Origin: an uncultured bacterium
Lineage (GTDB): Bacteria > Verrucomicrobiota > Verrucomicrobiia > Verrucomicrobiales > DEV007
Direction of reading: 5' to 3'
Assembly: GCA_963977015.1 (NCBI GenBank)
Contig: CAXBMO010000032.1
Location: 1 to 58,898 of the forward strand
DNA length: 58,898 nt
Part shown: piece after piece, positions 33,566 to 43,948 of the stretch
Layout: each line of letters begins with the position of its first letter
Numbering within the stretch: position 1 is the stretch's first letter
Program-made: the position numbers and the translations under genes
The notes under the pieces: generated by a model
What the model saw: the letters and a program-made list of their open reading frames with translations, nothing else
What the model was told of the DNA's origin: nothing
The model's database searches: none

Positions 33566-34093
33566 ATGAAGACCGCGCGCTTTGCTTCGACCACCATCGG
33601 GATAGGCTTCCTGCTGGCCACGGTATTGACCGGGAATGCGGAGGAAGAATTGACGTTGGAAGATTATTTGGATGTCGCGGGGATCGTGGCCTGGACGTTT
33701 GAAATTCCCGATGATGTCAGAGACGACGAGGTTTACGAAGCCGTGTGGCGCATGCCATCCACTCGAGATCGCGAGACGGAGAATTTACCAAGCGGACTCG
33801 AATTCAGCATGGTTCCGGGCGGGCGGCAGGTGAAGGTTTTTCTTTGGCTGGAAGGCCTTTGGGACGACTTCAAACCCACCCGATTTTGTATCAAGTTCCG
33901 CGATTCCAACGGCAAACTTCAGAAACACGAAGGCACCTTGCAGGTGCCGGAAGGATTCACTTCGATCTACAGCCTGATGAAGAGCGGGGAAAAGACGGAC
34001 GACGGTTGGTTGATGATGATCAGCAATCCCGAGCGGGAACGAAACAACAACGCCGCCTTTTTGGAGCTCGACTACAGAAGTGTTGAGGAGTGA
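33566..34093 (+). CDS. Secreted hypothetical protein
   Basis: Signal-peptide-like N-terminus (MKTARF...GNAEE); typical codon usage; start could be 33539. Confidence 0.65.
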   Translation: MKTARFASTTIGIGFLLATVLTGNAEEELTLEDYLDVAGIVAWTFEIPDDVRDDEVYEAVWRMPSTRDRETENLPSGLEFSMVPGGRQVKVFLWLEGLWDDFKPTRFCIKFRDSNGKLQKHEGTLQVPEGFTSIYSLMKSGEKTDDGWLMMISNPERERNNNAAFLELDYRSVEE

Positions 34094-34169
34094 CCTCGCT
34101 TCTGCAAGTGGGACGCGATTCGGACGCCCGGACCTGCAACGTGCGGCAACGCGAACTCGCTCATGTTTC

Positions 34170-34193
34170 GGCGACGACGGAGCGTCGCCCTCC
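34170..34193 (-). repeat. REP-like GGAG-palindrome
   Basis: Minus strand GGAG-GGCGACG-CTCCGT-CGTCGCC, intergenic. Confidence 0.45.
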
Positions 34194-34252
34194 AAATTTT
34201 GCTTGTCCCTGGAGAATTCTGAGTGAACGAGACTAACATCCACCCAATTCCC

Positions 34253-35290
34253 ATGACCACTGAATGGCACTACATCACCAACGCCGGCGAGTCCCAGACG
34301 ACGACCGAAGACCAATTTTCCGCGTTGATCGCGGATGGAGTCCTCACCGCTCGAACCCAGATTTGGCGCCGTGGACTTCCGTCCTGGATCACGGCGGGTG
34401 AGGCGTTGCCGAATCTGTTTTCCGGTTCGGGTAGTGCCGCCGCTCCGCCTCCCCTTCCCCAACCGTCAGCCGCGCCGGCGTCAGGAAAACCGGTGCGCTG
34501 CCACGAGGTCGACTACGAGATTTTTGGCGACGACCTTCAATTGGTGGAGGTGGAATTGGATCCGGGTGAAACGGTGGTGGCGGAAGCCGGCGCGATGAAT
34601 TACGTGGAGGAAGACATCGAGTTTGAGGCCAAGATGGGAGACGGCTCCAACCCGAACGAGGGACTAATGGGGAAACTCCTGAATGTCGGCAAACGCGTCC
34701 TCACCGGAGAATCCATCTTCATGACGCACTTCACGCATCGGGGCAGCCACAAGAAACGCCGGGTTGCCTTCGCCGCGCCGTATCCCGGACGAATCATTCC
34801 GGTGAACATGGCCGACCTCCCGAATGATATCCTCTGCCAAAAAGACTCTTTTCTCTGTGCCGCGAAAGGCACCCAAATCAGCATCGCGCTCCAGAAACGG
34901 CTCGGCACCGGGCTGTTCGGCGGCGAAGGTTTTATTCTGCAGAAGATCAGCGGGGATGGAATGCTCTTTCTCCACGCGGGCGGCACCATCATCAAACGCG
35001 AACTACGCGGTGAAACCCTCCGCGTCGATACCGGCTGCATTGTCGCGTTCGACGCTGGGGTGAACTACGATATCCAGCGTGCGGGGAACCTGAAATCCAT
35101 GATTTTGGGCGGTGAAGGCCTCTTTCTCGCCACGCTCAGCGGTCACGGAACCGTTTGGCTCCAAAGCCTCCCGTTCTCCCGTCTCGCTGATCGGATTTTC
35201 AAGGCGGCACCCCAACGGAACTCCGGAGCGGCTTCGACTGGGGAAGGTTCGGTCCTGGGTAGCCTTGGGAATTTGCTGGATGGAGATTAG
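34253..35290 (+). CDS. GYF_2 domain plus TIGR00266/AIM24 family protein
   Basis: WHYI...[12 protein letters not shown] (GYF_2), Pro linker, then [30 protein letters not shown]. Confidence 0.88.
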   Translation: MTTEWHYITNAGESQTTTEDQFSALIADGVLTARTQIWRRGLPSWITAGEALPNLFSGSGSAAAPPPLPQPSAAPASGKPVRCHEVDYEIFGDDLQLVEVELDPGETVVAEAGAMNYVEEDIEFEAKMGDGSNPNEGLMGKLLNVGKRVLTGESIFMTHFTHRGSHKKRRVAFAAPYPGRIIPVNMADLPNDILCQKDSFLCAAKGTQISIALQKRLGTGLFGGEGFILQKISGDGMLFLHAGGTIIKRELRGETLRVDTGCIVAFDAGVNYDIQRAGNLKSMILGGEGLFLATLSGHGTVWLQSLPFSRLADRIFKAAPQRNSGAASTGEGSVLGSLGNLLDGD

Positions 35291-35324
35291 AGAGTTTTGA
35301 GTTAGTTTCCGGATGATGCACTAG

Positions 35325-35708
35325 TTACGCGGTTTCCTCTCGATTCCGCATGAAGTCCGCCACCTCTGCGAAGAAGGCATCCAACCCGTCGCGGATCTCG
35401 CCCTCGACTCCAGCCTCATCCATTGAGGCTCCCATCAGCATCAACCATCGATCCCGCTCCGCCTGACCAATGGAAAAAGGCAGGTGACGCATGCGAAGGC
35501 GTGGGTGACCACGCTTCGTGAGATAATCCTTCTTCCCCGCGAACCGAAACAAGAGGAAATCCCGCAACCTTTCCTCCGCGCCATCCATATCACTTTCCGG
35601 ATACATCGGTCCCAACAGATCGTCACCGGGAACTCTTCGGTAAAATCCCGCGACAATCTTCCCAATCCCTTCTTCGCCCAGTTCCTTCATGATCAATTCT
35701 TCCATCAT
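35325..35708 (-). CDS. Group II truncated hemoglobin
   Basis: FYRRV..D..L.PMYP, RGHPRLRMRH, ERDRWL. Confidence 0.9.
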   Translation of the reverse strand: MMEELIMKELGEEGIGKIVAGFYRRVPGDDLLGPMYPESDMDGAEERLRDFLLFRFAGKKDYLTKRGHPRLRMRHLPFSIGQAERDRWLMLMGASMDEAGVEGEIRDGLDAFFAEVADFMRNREETA

Positions 35709-35939
35709 CCGAAAAAGGCTAATTCACGAATGGCCAGCCGGAAAGTCTCAATTGGACCACGAGCCGGATTGAACCGTGAGTTTGTAGCGGAAGATGCAAA
35801 ATCTTCCGACCCGCCGAAGCGGAATTTTTCGCAAATCCCGCTACCAAACTCACGGGCACATTGCGGTCCGGCGTAAAGCTCGGATTGGGAAGAATCTGGA
35901 GGGGGAGGCGCGAACTCCCCCCACTCCGAGCCTATCCAA

Positions 35940-36013
35940 TCGTTACACCAACCCGTCCATCTCCCCGGTGCTCCGTCCAAACTGCTCTACTTCCTCCAAC
36001 CCGATCTGGTGCA
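35940..36013. repeat. 74-bp direct repeat duplicating the 3' end of the DUF1552 gene (other copy 37239-37312)
   Basis: 63 identical bases, then 2 mismatches in the last 11. Confidence 0.92.
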
Positions 36014-36195
36014 ATGCCCCGAAGGCGTCGACAGCTGGGGCATGTTTGGATGCTCCAGAAAGTGAACGTCGTCATCACGACGGGAGCCGGATTCGGCGCC
36101 GCCGACGAAGGATTCTTCCGCATTCCCGCTTTTAACAGCCGTGCCAACGCCGAAGAAGTCTGACGCCGGATCGAAGCAGAGTTGGGGCGAAGTAG
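36004..36195 (+). pseudogene. Decayed 3' fragment of LL-diaminopimelate aminotransferase (dapL-like)
   Basis: Reads across frameshifts and a stop as [54 protein letters not shown], resembling the DapL C-terminus (NVVxTPGxGFGxxGEGxFRxSAF). Confidence 0.7.
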
Positions 36196-36260
36196 CGCGC
36201 GGGGGGGCACACCTAGACACCGAGAAATGCACACCACCAAATCAAGGGAAAAGGCATCAT

Positions 36261-36872
36261 TCAAAAGGGGCGAACACTAAGATCAAAGTAGGTTGAGCCG
36301 GGAGAATGTGTCACCACCTCGTTGTTGTCCTTTCGATTCCAAGTGTACGGCTCCCGATGAGTAAGAATTCCCTCTACTTTGGAGTTCAACCAATCCCACC
36401 TACGGAACAAGTGTGGGCTTACCTCATATTTTTTCGATTCCTCGAATCTCAATTGGTTGTCAAAAAGGGAGCCCGGGTCACCAACGGCTTGTCCCGGGTT
36501 GTCACTTGGCTCAGAATCCATGGTTGACACGATATCCCGTGCTTCGCCATATGCGCGCTCTATCGCTGCAAGAATGTGTGATCCCATCGCTTCTTCCGAG
36601 TTGCTCAGCGTAAAATCGGTTACTTTATTGGTAATCTTGGAAACTCGAACTGTGACCGTTACATTTCCCTCGGCTCCTTCGTAGTAGGTTGCGGACCTAT
36701 CTTCATCAATTTTGCCCAGAAAATCTGGCTTCTTGAAGTTTTCGCCAACGATCACTGCACTGACGGCCTTTCGGGCAAATTTTACGTCTTCTCGTTCGAC
36801 GCAGTGCGAAGTGCCGAGGCCGCCTACCAAAGCAATCCCGATCATCATTATCAACCGTGCTCCGATATTCAT
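36261..36872 (-). CDS. Secreted hypothetical protein (lower GC than flanks)
   Basis: 203-aa ORF with N-terminal hydrophobic segment, inside the direct-repeat-bounded segment. Confidence 0.6.
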   Translation of the reverse strand: MNIGARLIMMIGIALVGGLGTSHCVEREDVKFARKAVSAVIVGENFKKPDFLGKIDEDRSATYYEGAEGNVTVTVRVSKITNKVTDFTLSNSEEAMGSHILAAIERAYGEARDIVSTMDSEPSDNPGQAVGDPGSLFDNQLRFEESKKYEVSPHLFRRWDWLNSKVEGILTHREPYTWNRKDNNEVVTHSPGSTYFDLSVRPF

Positions 36873-37241
36873 ATCGCCCAGACTTGAATCGCTCGTGATT
36901 ACCTGTCAAGGGGTAACTGGAATTCGAAACGCCCATAGCAGGAATTTGCTTTTGACCCGGGGTTGGAGTGGGCCAGTGAAACTTGTGAACGCCGCAGCAG
37001 GGTGTGTAAGCCGGCTTCTGATCCGTGGGCCGCTCCTGGGAAACCGGCAGCGACTTTTTGTGGAGACGCATGGCGGCAGAATTGATCACATTAATGTCCC
37101 AACTCTTACGCTAGTTCGATCCTGAGCTGAGTCAGGCGACTATTCAGGGCTACTTTTTCGGCATCGGAAAGGTAAATGGTGAGCCGCTTGTGATTGGCCG
37201 ATGAGCGTTCTGTCCGCTTCGCTCGAAACCGTCGGCATTCG

Positions 37242-38507
37242 TTACACCAACCCGTCCATCTCCCCGGTGCTCCGTCCAAACTGCTCTACTTCCTCCAACC
37301 CAACCTGGTGCAGGGCGTTGAGGTAGAGATTGGGGAGCGGGTAGTTGTTCTTTTGATCGAAGGCGAGGTGGCGTCCGTGCTTGAAGCCTCCGCCAGCGAA
37401 GAGAACCGGCATGTTCTTGTTGTTGTGACTGGAGGCGTTGCCGAGGTTGGACGTCAGGATGACCATGGTCTCGTCGAGCAGGGAGGCGGTCTTGAGTTCG
37501 CGCAGGAAGTCTGCCCACTCATTCACGACGGCGTGCTCGACAATCGCGAGTTGATCCAGCTTCTCTTCATCCAATCCGTGGTGACTGAGACCGTGATAGC
37601 CTTCGTCAACGCCTTCCAAACTGGAGACGCGACCGTTGCCGGGCATGTGGAGCGTGACGAATCGGGTCGAGTCGGTTTGCAGGGCGAGAGAGACGATGCC
37701 GAGCATGGCTTCCTGAATGGAGACGACGTTGTTGCGATCGACTTTCGGCTTTTTGAGTCCGACCTTCGGCTTGGGCCGGTTCACCCAGGCTTCGTTGGCT
37801 TCGAGCCGTTGCTCGAGTTCGCGAACGCTGGTTAGCCAGGCATCGATTTTTTCGCGATCGCCGGCGCCGAGTTCGCGCTTCAAGCTTTTCGTCTCCGCAC
37901 CAATTACGTCCATGACACTGCGACCCTGACGAATCAACTCAGCCTGACGCTCCTGCTCTTTTGGCGAGTCATCGATAAAGAGCTGGGTGTAGACTTTCAA
38001 CGGATCGCTCTGTGGCGGAATCATGGCGCCATTCTCGGTGTAGGACGGGCTGGAATTCGCCCCGGTGTTGAGGACGAGCGACGGAAACCGCGTTTCGTGG
38101 CCGAGATGCTTGGCCATGAGTTGATCGAGAGAAATCGTGTTGCGAGACGTCGCTCCCCGGGAATTCGGGCACGCCGTGAAGATGCTTCCTTCCGCAGTAT
38201 GCCCACCGGTTACGCCGGGGTGAGAGGTGCCGGAAACGACGGTGAAGTCGTCGCGCAAATCCTGAAGCGGCTGCAAATACGGTGACGGCGTGTAGTTCGA
38301 TCCGGCATCCTTCGGAACCCAGTTTGGAGCATGCAACCCCAGGGCGAGGCTGACGCCGACAAAACGTTTGGCTTTGGGCCCGGGTGCTGCGGCGGCGAAG
38401 GCCGGTGTCATCGCATCAAGCAGGGGCAATCCCATGGCGACGCTTGCATGACGGAGAACCGTGCGGCGGGACAGCTTTTTTCCAAAATTGAAATTGACGT
38501 TCTTCAT
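37242..38507 (-). CDS. DUF1552 family protein
   Basis: SRRTVLR...LPLLDAM, ISLDQ, ALQTDSTRF, YHGLSHH, PLPNLYL. Confidence 0.92.
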   Translation of the reverse strand: MKNVNFNFGKKLSRRTVLRHASVAMGLPLLDAMTPAFAAAAPGPKAKRFVGVSLALGLHAPNWVPKDAGSNYTPSPYLQPLQDLRDDFTVVSGTSHPGVTGGHTAEGSIFTACPNSRGATSRNTISLDQLMAKHLGHETRFPSLVLNTGANSSPSYTENGAMIPPQSDPLKVYTQLFIDDSPKEQERQAELIRQGRSVMDVIGAETKSLKRELGAGDREKIDAWLTSVRELEQRLEANEAWVNRPKPKVGLKKPKVDRNNVVSIQEAMLGIVSLALQTDSTRFVTLHMPGNGRVSSLEGVDEGYHGLSHHGLDEEKLDQLAIVEHAVVNEWADFLRELKTASLLDETMVILTSNLGNASSHNNKNMPVLFAGGGFKHGRHLAFDQKNNYPLPNLYLNALHQVGLEEVEQFGRSTGEMDGLV

Positions 38508-38533
38508 CTCAGGATCTTTTCGGCGGTAGAGTT

Positions 38534-40930
38534 TTACTTGGTGCGGAAGACTTCACTTCCCAGCGTGGAATGGATAATGGACCGTACGCCGTAGTTTTTG
38601 TCTCGGGCGCTTTTGACGATTTTTTCGATGGCTTGACGGTCGCTGAACCGTGGTGGCGCACCGGTGGCATAGGTGAGCAACTGCCTGGCGAAAGCCTCGG
38701 TCAACTGATCCGGCCGCTGCACATAAATCTTCTTCCACGCTTTGAGATCGGCAAACTCAACACCATCCGGCGTAATGCCTGACGGATCGACCACTGCGGC
38801 GCTATTCTGTGTGCCATACTTTTGGCGCCACAACCCGACCGCGTCGAAATTTTCGAGCGCGAATCCCGCCGGATCAATGTTGCGATGACAACCGGCGCAC
38901 GTCTCGCTGTTCATATGCTTGGTGAGTTGATCCCGAATGCTGACGGCTCCGCGAATGTCGGGCTCCACAGCGGGAACATCGGCCGGTGGCGGCGGAATCT
39001 CCAACCCCAGAATGCGTTCACCCACCCAAACGCCACGAATCACCGGGGACGTCGTCGTCCCGTTCGCCGTCACTTTCAACACCGCACCCTGCGTCACCAA
39101 TCCGCCGCGAAGATGATTGTCGAGACTGACGCGCTGGAGACCATCGCCAACTTTCAGAGGGACGTCTGTGATCCCGTAAAACCGGGCGAGACGCTCATTC
39201 CACATCGCAAAATCCGAATCGATCAGGTGCGTGATGGGCAGGTTGTTCCGCATCAGTTCCCGCACGAACGCCCGCGTCTCCGCGAGCATGGAGTCCTGAA
39301 CCACCGAGTCGAAACTGCGAAACCGGCGGGTGTCCGGCGTGGTGAAATCGATCTCTTTCAGGTTCAACCATTGATCGGTGAAGCTCTCGATGAAGCGATC
39401 CGACTTCGGGTTCTCCACCATCCGCGAGATGTGCGCGTGAAGCACCTTCCAATCCTTCAGTTTCCCCTCGTCGGCGGAGGTCCGCAGCTTCGCGTCCGGC
39501 ATCGAATTCCAAAGAGTGTAGCTGAGGCGGGAGGCGATCGCATGATCGTCCAACACCCCCGGCTTTTCGATCAGGGTGAGGAATCGCGGCGAACAGAGAA
39601 CGGCTCGATAAGCTGCCTTCAGACCATCGACCGGCTTCTTGCCCGGCTCGTCCATCGCCTCGAGGGCGAGGTCGACGTAAAGCGCGACCTGCTCATTCGT
39701 GACGGGGCGGCGAAACGCGCGGCTCGCGAAATTTCGAATCGCCCGCGTCACCAGCTCCTTCCGTCCCTGATCCTGCTGCAACTTCGGCAAGTCCTCTTTC
39801 GAGATTCCGCCAAAGAGTTTCGTGCGCAGCTCCCACCTTTTCGCGTTGGGGTAGATCCGCTCCATCTCGATCGCCTTGACCGCGATTCCCTTGATCCCGG
39901 CCTTCTCGTGTTCCAGCCCCTTGTAGGAAACCTTGCCGCCTTTGGCTCCGGACGGCGCGCGTTTCAGGCTCGCGTCATTGGGCTTCAACTCGAGCATGTG
40001 GCCTTCGCGAATCCAGGCCTCAAACGTCAGGTCACGCTTCTGGGCGGTCGCCTCGACCGTGCCAACGTGAAACAGCATCGGTGAACTGGAGGAACAGGTG
40101 CCCGAGCGCAGCGTTCCCCAAACCGCGCCATCCTTCACATTGATCCCATGGACCTCTTTGAGGGTAACCCGGTACCAGCCCGACTCCGGAACCGCGGTTG
40201 CCCTCATCCGTCCATAAAACTGGAGCGTAATCGGCCAGCTGATGGAATAGCCGTCGCGAAGCTCCGGACCGCGATAGTTGCCCGGCCCACTGTTTTGGTA
40301 GGCAACCTTTTCCGCGGGAAAGGTCTTCTGATACTTCGCCTCACCTTCGGGAGAAAGTCGCCCGAACGCTTCTTCCAGGGCAATGTCCGCCGCTTCCAGG
40401 TAGCTGGCGAGGTTGTGATGGGAGAGTTGTTGTCCCTCCGCCACGGTTTCAAATCCATGGGTCGCCGGGTCCTCCGGCAGCAGTTCCTGAAGCGGCAAAT
40501 CGATCCCCAGCAGATCGTGAAGCGTGTTCTCATATTCGCGTCGAGTCAGACGCCGGACATGCACGCTGCCAATTTCCCGCTTCTCCTTCAGATCTGCCGC
40601 CAACATCGGCTTCTCCAGTTGCGCGAGAAAAGCGGCCTTTTTCGTTTCGTCCGGGCGCGGTTTCTTCTCTGGCGGCATCTCCCCGTTTTCCACCCGGCTG
40701 AAAATCCGCTCCCAGGCTTCGAAATTGGAGTGGTTCCCGAGTTCAAACTCCAGGTCGAACAGATTCAGGCTGCCTTTGCTCGTAGTATCGTCGTGGCAAT
40801 CATAGCAATGCTCCGAGAAAAACGCCTCCACCTCTTTGGGAGGGTAATGTTGGGAAAATCCGGGACTCGCAGCGATCAGCGTTGCGAAAAGGATCAGCAA
40901 ATAGGGGGTTTCCTGGGGTTTGGGAAGCAT
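38534..40930 (-). CDS. DUF1592/DUF1588-type PVC cytochrome c protein
   Basis: CYDCH, RRLTRREY, SRLSYTLW, TSPVIRG, CAGCH. Confidence 0.92.
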   Translation of the reverse strand: MLPKPQETPYLLILFATLIAASPGFSQHYPPKEVEAFFSEHCYDCHDDTTSKGSLNLFDLEFELGNHSNFEAWERIFSRVENGEMPPEKKPRPDETKKAAFLAQLEKPMLAADLKEKREIGSVHVRRLTRREYENTLHDLLGIDLPLQELLPEDPATHGFETVAEGQQLSHHNLASYLEAADIALEEAFGRLSPEGEAKYQKTFPAEKVAYQNSGPGNYRGPELRDGYSISWPITLQFYGRMRATAVPESGWYRVTLKEVHGINVKDGAVWGTLRSGTCSSSSPMLFHVGTVEATAQKRDLTFEAWIREGHMLELKPNDASLKRAPSGAKGGKVSYKGLEHEKAGIKGIAVKAIEMERIYPNAKRWELRTKLFGGISKEDLPKLQQDQGRKELVTRAIRNFASRAFRRPVTNEQVALYVDLALEAMDEPGKKPVDGLKAAYRAVLCSPRFLTLIEKPGVLDDHAIASRLSYTLWNSMPDAKLRTSADEGKLKDWKVLHAHISRMVENPKSDRFIESFTDQWLNLKEIDFTTPDTRRFRSFDSVVQDSMLAETRAFVRELMRNNLPITHLIDSDFAMWNERLARFYGITDVPLKVGDGLQRVSLDNHLRGGLVTQGAVLKVTANGTTTSPVIRGVWVGERILGLEIPPPPADVPAVEPDIRGAVSIRDQLTKHMNSETCAGCHRNIDPAGFALENFDAVGLWRQKYGTQNSAAVVDPSGITPDGVEFADLKAWKKIYVQRPDQLTEAFARQLLTYATGAPPRFSDRQAIEKIVKSARDKNYGVRSIIHSTLGSEVFRTK

Positions 40931-41011
40931 CTTAAGACACCTTGATCGCAGTTTTTGCGATTTCAACAGAGATACACGTGTGCAACAGCGAGCATTCATC
41001 TCAAAAAAAAG

Positions 41012-42706
41012 TTATCGCGCCCGTGCCCGGCTCTGGAGATACAGTTTGGAAATCTCACCAGGCTGGAGAGCCGATCGAAAGATGGCGAGTTCGTCCATTC
41101 GCCCGTTGAGGTTGCGAATCGCCCAGGTTGGGTCTTCGCGAAATGGCAGGCCCCAGTTGCCGATTTCACCGTTTCCAATGCGGAGGGTTTTGATCTCGTA
41201 TTCATCCTCGATTTCCTGCTCGGAAATGCGCTTACCATTAACATAATGCGAAACCAACCGATTCGCGGGATCAAACACGGAGGTCAGATGCAGCCATTGG
41301 CCGCTCATCGACAGATCCCACATCGGCGGCGAAAAATAGACCCGATGGAAGCCCGCGTCGTTCGGCGCGTACGGATTGGGGCGGGTGTCGTCCACCATGA
41401 CGGAAAGCATCAGCTTTCCATCGTTGCGGATTTGCCAATGCGGCTCTCCGGTCTCGTAACCATCGCCCATGAACAAAGCGTTGTACCAGCGGTCGAGGCT
41501 GTCGATCCGCACCCAGGTCATGAAGGTAAAGGCGGGAAACTCGCCCGGAATATTGACGCGAACGCGGGAGCCGGGGCGGCGAAACTCCAAGGCGGATTTC
41601 AATCCCGGCCAACGTCCGGAAACCGGCTCCGCGAGGATGACGGCTCCATCAAATTCTGAGTTTCGCGGCATCGTCAAATTGGGAACGAGACCGTTGGCTT
41701 CCTTCCGATCAAAGGAGTAGTAGGCAATGAGCCGATCATCGGCGGCGAGCCGGTCGCGATGCGTCTCCCAACGCGCGAAATCCAGTTGCCGCTGGGCAAG
41801 CGCCTGGGAACCGAAGCCCCGAACGTCCGGAAACCGGGTCTTGCCAAATTCAGCCGGGTGAGAGGGCTGATCTGCGGGAAGCCCCAACGCACCACCTTTC
41901 GTGATGAGCTGTTCGTCGCCGCCCTGATGCCGAACTGAAATCTCGCCATCAAACACTTCAACGTGACTCTTTCCATCGCGCACCTCGAGTCCGAACTCGG
42001 TTCCCAAATCGACGATCTCGGTCTCCGGCGCCTGGAGTTTGAAGCCTCGCGCGGCGGGTGGCACCTGCATCCGAACGGAACCCTGGAGACACGCGGCTTC
42101 CCAAGCCGATGTCAGAGAAATCTCCGCCGGACCTTCCACAATCATCGTCGCTCCCGAGAAAAACTGAATCTCCGCCGTTCCCGACGCCAACCGCACGTTC
42201 TCCGCTCCCAGGATATCGCCCTTCTCCCGCGAATCCTCTTCTCCGGCCCATTCAACGTCGTAGAGTTGTCCCAAAACGGCAAACCCGCGAGCGGACGGCT
42301 CTTCGGATTCGATCTGTGCGAAACCTTCGCCGCCGGATTCTTCGCGAACACTGAAATACATCGCGGCGTAACCGAAAAGAAAGGCGATCGCCGCAGCCGC
42401 AGCGATCGGCGCGAAGGTTGGAAACTGGAGGATTTTGCCCAGCAAGGTCGGATTCGGCTCATCCACGCTTTCGGCATCGAGCCAGGGTCGGGTCGCACCT
42501 CCGAATTCGTCTTCGAACTGGCCGCTTTCATGCTGGAGCGAGTTGTCGATCCCGAGATAGCGACGCATGACCGCGCGCAACTCGGCGCTTTCCATCATCC
42601 GGTCCTGAAGCGCCTCAAAGTCTGCCGGGGCGATCGATCCATCGAGATACGCATCGACCCATTCCCGTTCCTGTGGCGACAAATCGCGAAAGGTAGGCCG
42701 ACTCAT
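41012..42706 (-). CDS. FecR-domain anti-sigma factor with LamG-like C-terminus
   Basis: TM, IVDLGTEFG; paralog of 15876-17462. Confidence 0.9.
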   Translation of the reverse strand: MSRPTFRDLSPQEREWVDAYLDGSIAPADFEALQDRMMESAELRAVMRRYLGIDNSLQHESGQFEDEFGGATRPWLDAESVDEPNPTLLGKILQFPTFAPIAAAAAIAFLFGYAAMYFSVREESGGEGFAQIESEEPSARGFAVLGQLYDVEWAGEEDSREKGDILGAENVRLASGTAEIQFFSGATMIVEGPAEISLTSAWEAACLQGSVRMQVPPAARGFKLQAPETEIVDLGTEFGLEVRDGKSHVEVFDGEISVRHQGGDEQLITKGGALGLPADQPSHPAEFGKTRFPDVRGFGSQALAQRQLDFARWETHRDRLAADDRLIAYYSFDRKEANGLVPNLTMPRNSEFDGAVILAEPVSGRWPGLKSALEFRRPGSRVRVNIPGEFPAFTFMTWVRIDSLDRWYNALFMGDGYETGEPHWQIRNDGKLMLSVMVDDTRPNPYAPNDAGFHRVYFSPPMWDLSMSGQWLHLTSVFDPANRLVSHYVNGKRISEQEIEDEYEIKTLRIGNGEIGNWGLPFREDPTWAIRNLNGRMDELAIFRSALQPGEISKLYLQSRARAR

Positions 42707-43257
42707 GAGGCTCCTCCCGGTTGTTGAATTTTCGATTCGACGCACTCCATGAGCTGGTGACGTAATCGCTTGATCCGCATGTAAAAGGCCGCGGCGGTCG
42801 AACCGGCTTCTTCAGCCAGCTCCTTCACCTTGACGCCGGGCGTGTAGGCCAGAGTGATGAGTTGGCGTTGCTTTTCCGGCATCCCTTGGAGGCAGGCTTG
42901 AAGCGCCTCGTGCTCGTCACGGCGTTGCTCGATCTCTTCCGCGCCTTCGTCGGCCATGATATCGAGCACGTCTTCGCGGAAAACGAGCCGGTCGCGCGCC
43001 ATTTTTCGCCGATAGGCCAGGGCCTCGAACCGGGCGATGACGCAGGCCCACTTCATGAAGTTCGTCTCGGGATCATACTGCTCGAACTTCCGCCAAATCA
43101 CGATCGCGGTTTGCTGAACAACCTCGTCGGCATCCGTCCACGTGGGCAGGAGCGAGCGGATGAAGCGCCGCAAATCCGGCTCATAGTGCGCGAATTTGGC
43201 GACGAACCCTTCGTAACGGGCGTCTTCCGATTCGGATTGCGAGGTGGGCTCAGGCAT
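42703..43257 (-). CDS. ECF sigma-70 factor
   Basis: DADEVVQQ, FMKWACVIAR; paralog of 17459-17992; ATGA overlap with fecR. Confidence 0.92.
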   Translation of the reverse strand: MPEPTSQSESEDARYEGFVAKFAHYEPDLRRFIRSLLPTWTDADEVVQQTAIVIWRKFEQYDPETNFMKWACVIARFEALAYRRKMARDRLVFREDVLDIMADEGAEEIEQRRDEHEALQACLQGMPEKQRQLITLAYTPGVKVKELAEEAGSTAAAFYMRIKRLRHQLMECVESKIQQPGGAS

Positions 43258-43348
43258 GGATGGAACTCTACCTGAACACTGCCGCAATCCCGAAAACCTA
43301 ACGGCAATTCTTCGCAGAACCGGAATTCGCGCCCCAACCCAGGCAGGA

Positions 43349-43816
43349 TCAGCCGTCGATGTTGTCGAACATCTGCCGGCAGTGCGCGAACTGAAGCCGT
43401 CCGCTGAGCAACGCCTTGGACTTCCTGAAGCAACCGTCTTCCAGAATCTCGATCTCCACGATCTGGACGCCCCACGTGTTCATCGCCCTGGTCGTCGGTT
43501 GGTAAATGTCGATCGTGCGCGTGCCGACCAGCGCACTTCCGTAGTCGTCAATCACGTAGATGGTTGGCTGACCTTTGATCCGGAATTTGGTTCCCAGGGG
43601 AAATTGGGACCAATCGGCCGCTGCGGAACTGTATTCCCGGCTGAAGCGGAGCACGGAGCCACTCGCGGTTTTGCGGCCATACTTGAGGTGATCGGCCTCG
43701 GAGTGGGTGTAGGCCGTGGTGCGCACGGTCTGAAACTGCTGAGCCACGGCGGAGTTGGAGAATCGAAGAGAAGTGAAAACTACGAGACAGGAAACAAGGA
43801 AGGTCTGGGATGTCAT
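43349..43816 (-). CDS. 3D-domain (MltA-like) protein
   Basis: VRTTAY, AAADWS..PLGT, YVIDDYGSA, TIDIY. Confidence 0.88.
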   Translation of the reverse strand: MTSQTFLVSCLVVFTSLRFSNSAVAQQFQTVRTTAYTHSEADHLKYGRKTASGSVLRFSREYSSAAADWSQFPLGTKFRIKGQPTIYVIDDYGSALVGTRTIDIYQPTTRAMNTWGVQIVEIEILEDGCFRKSKALLSGRLQFAHCRQMFDNIDG

Positions 43817-43948
43817 TTCTGGAACCCCCGAAAAGGATTGGCACCGTGCCGGACTCGAGGGCGTGTTTAGAATTCCCGGAAAATTAAGAATTATCGATTA
43901 TAAGGATATTTAAGGATTGTAGCGCGCTGCGAACCGATAAAAATCGGC

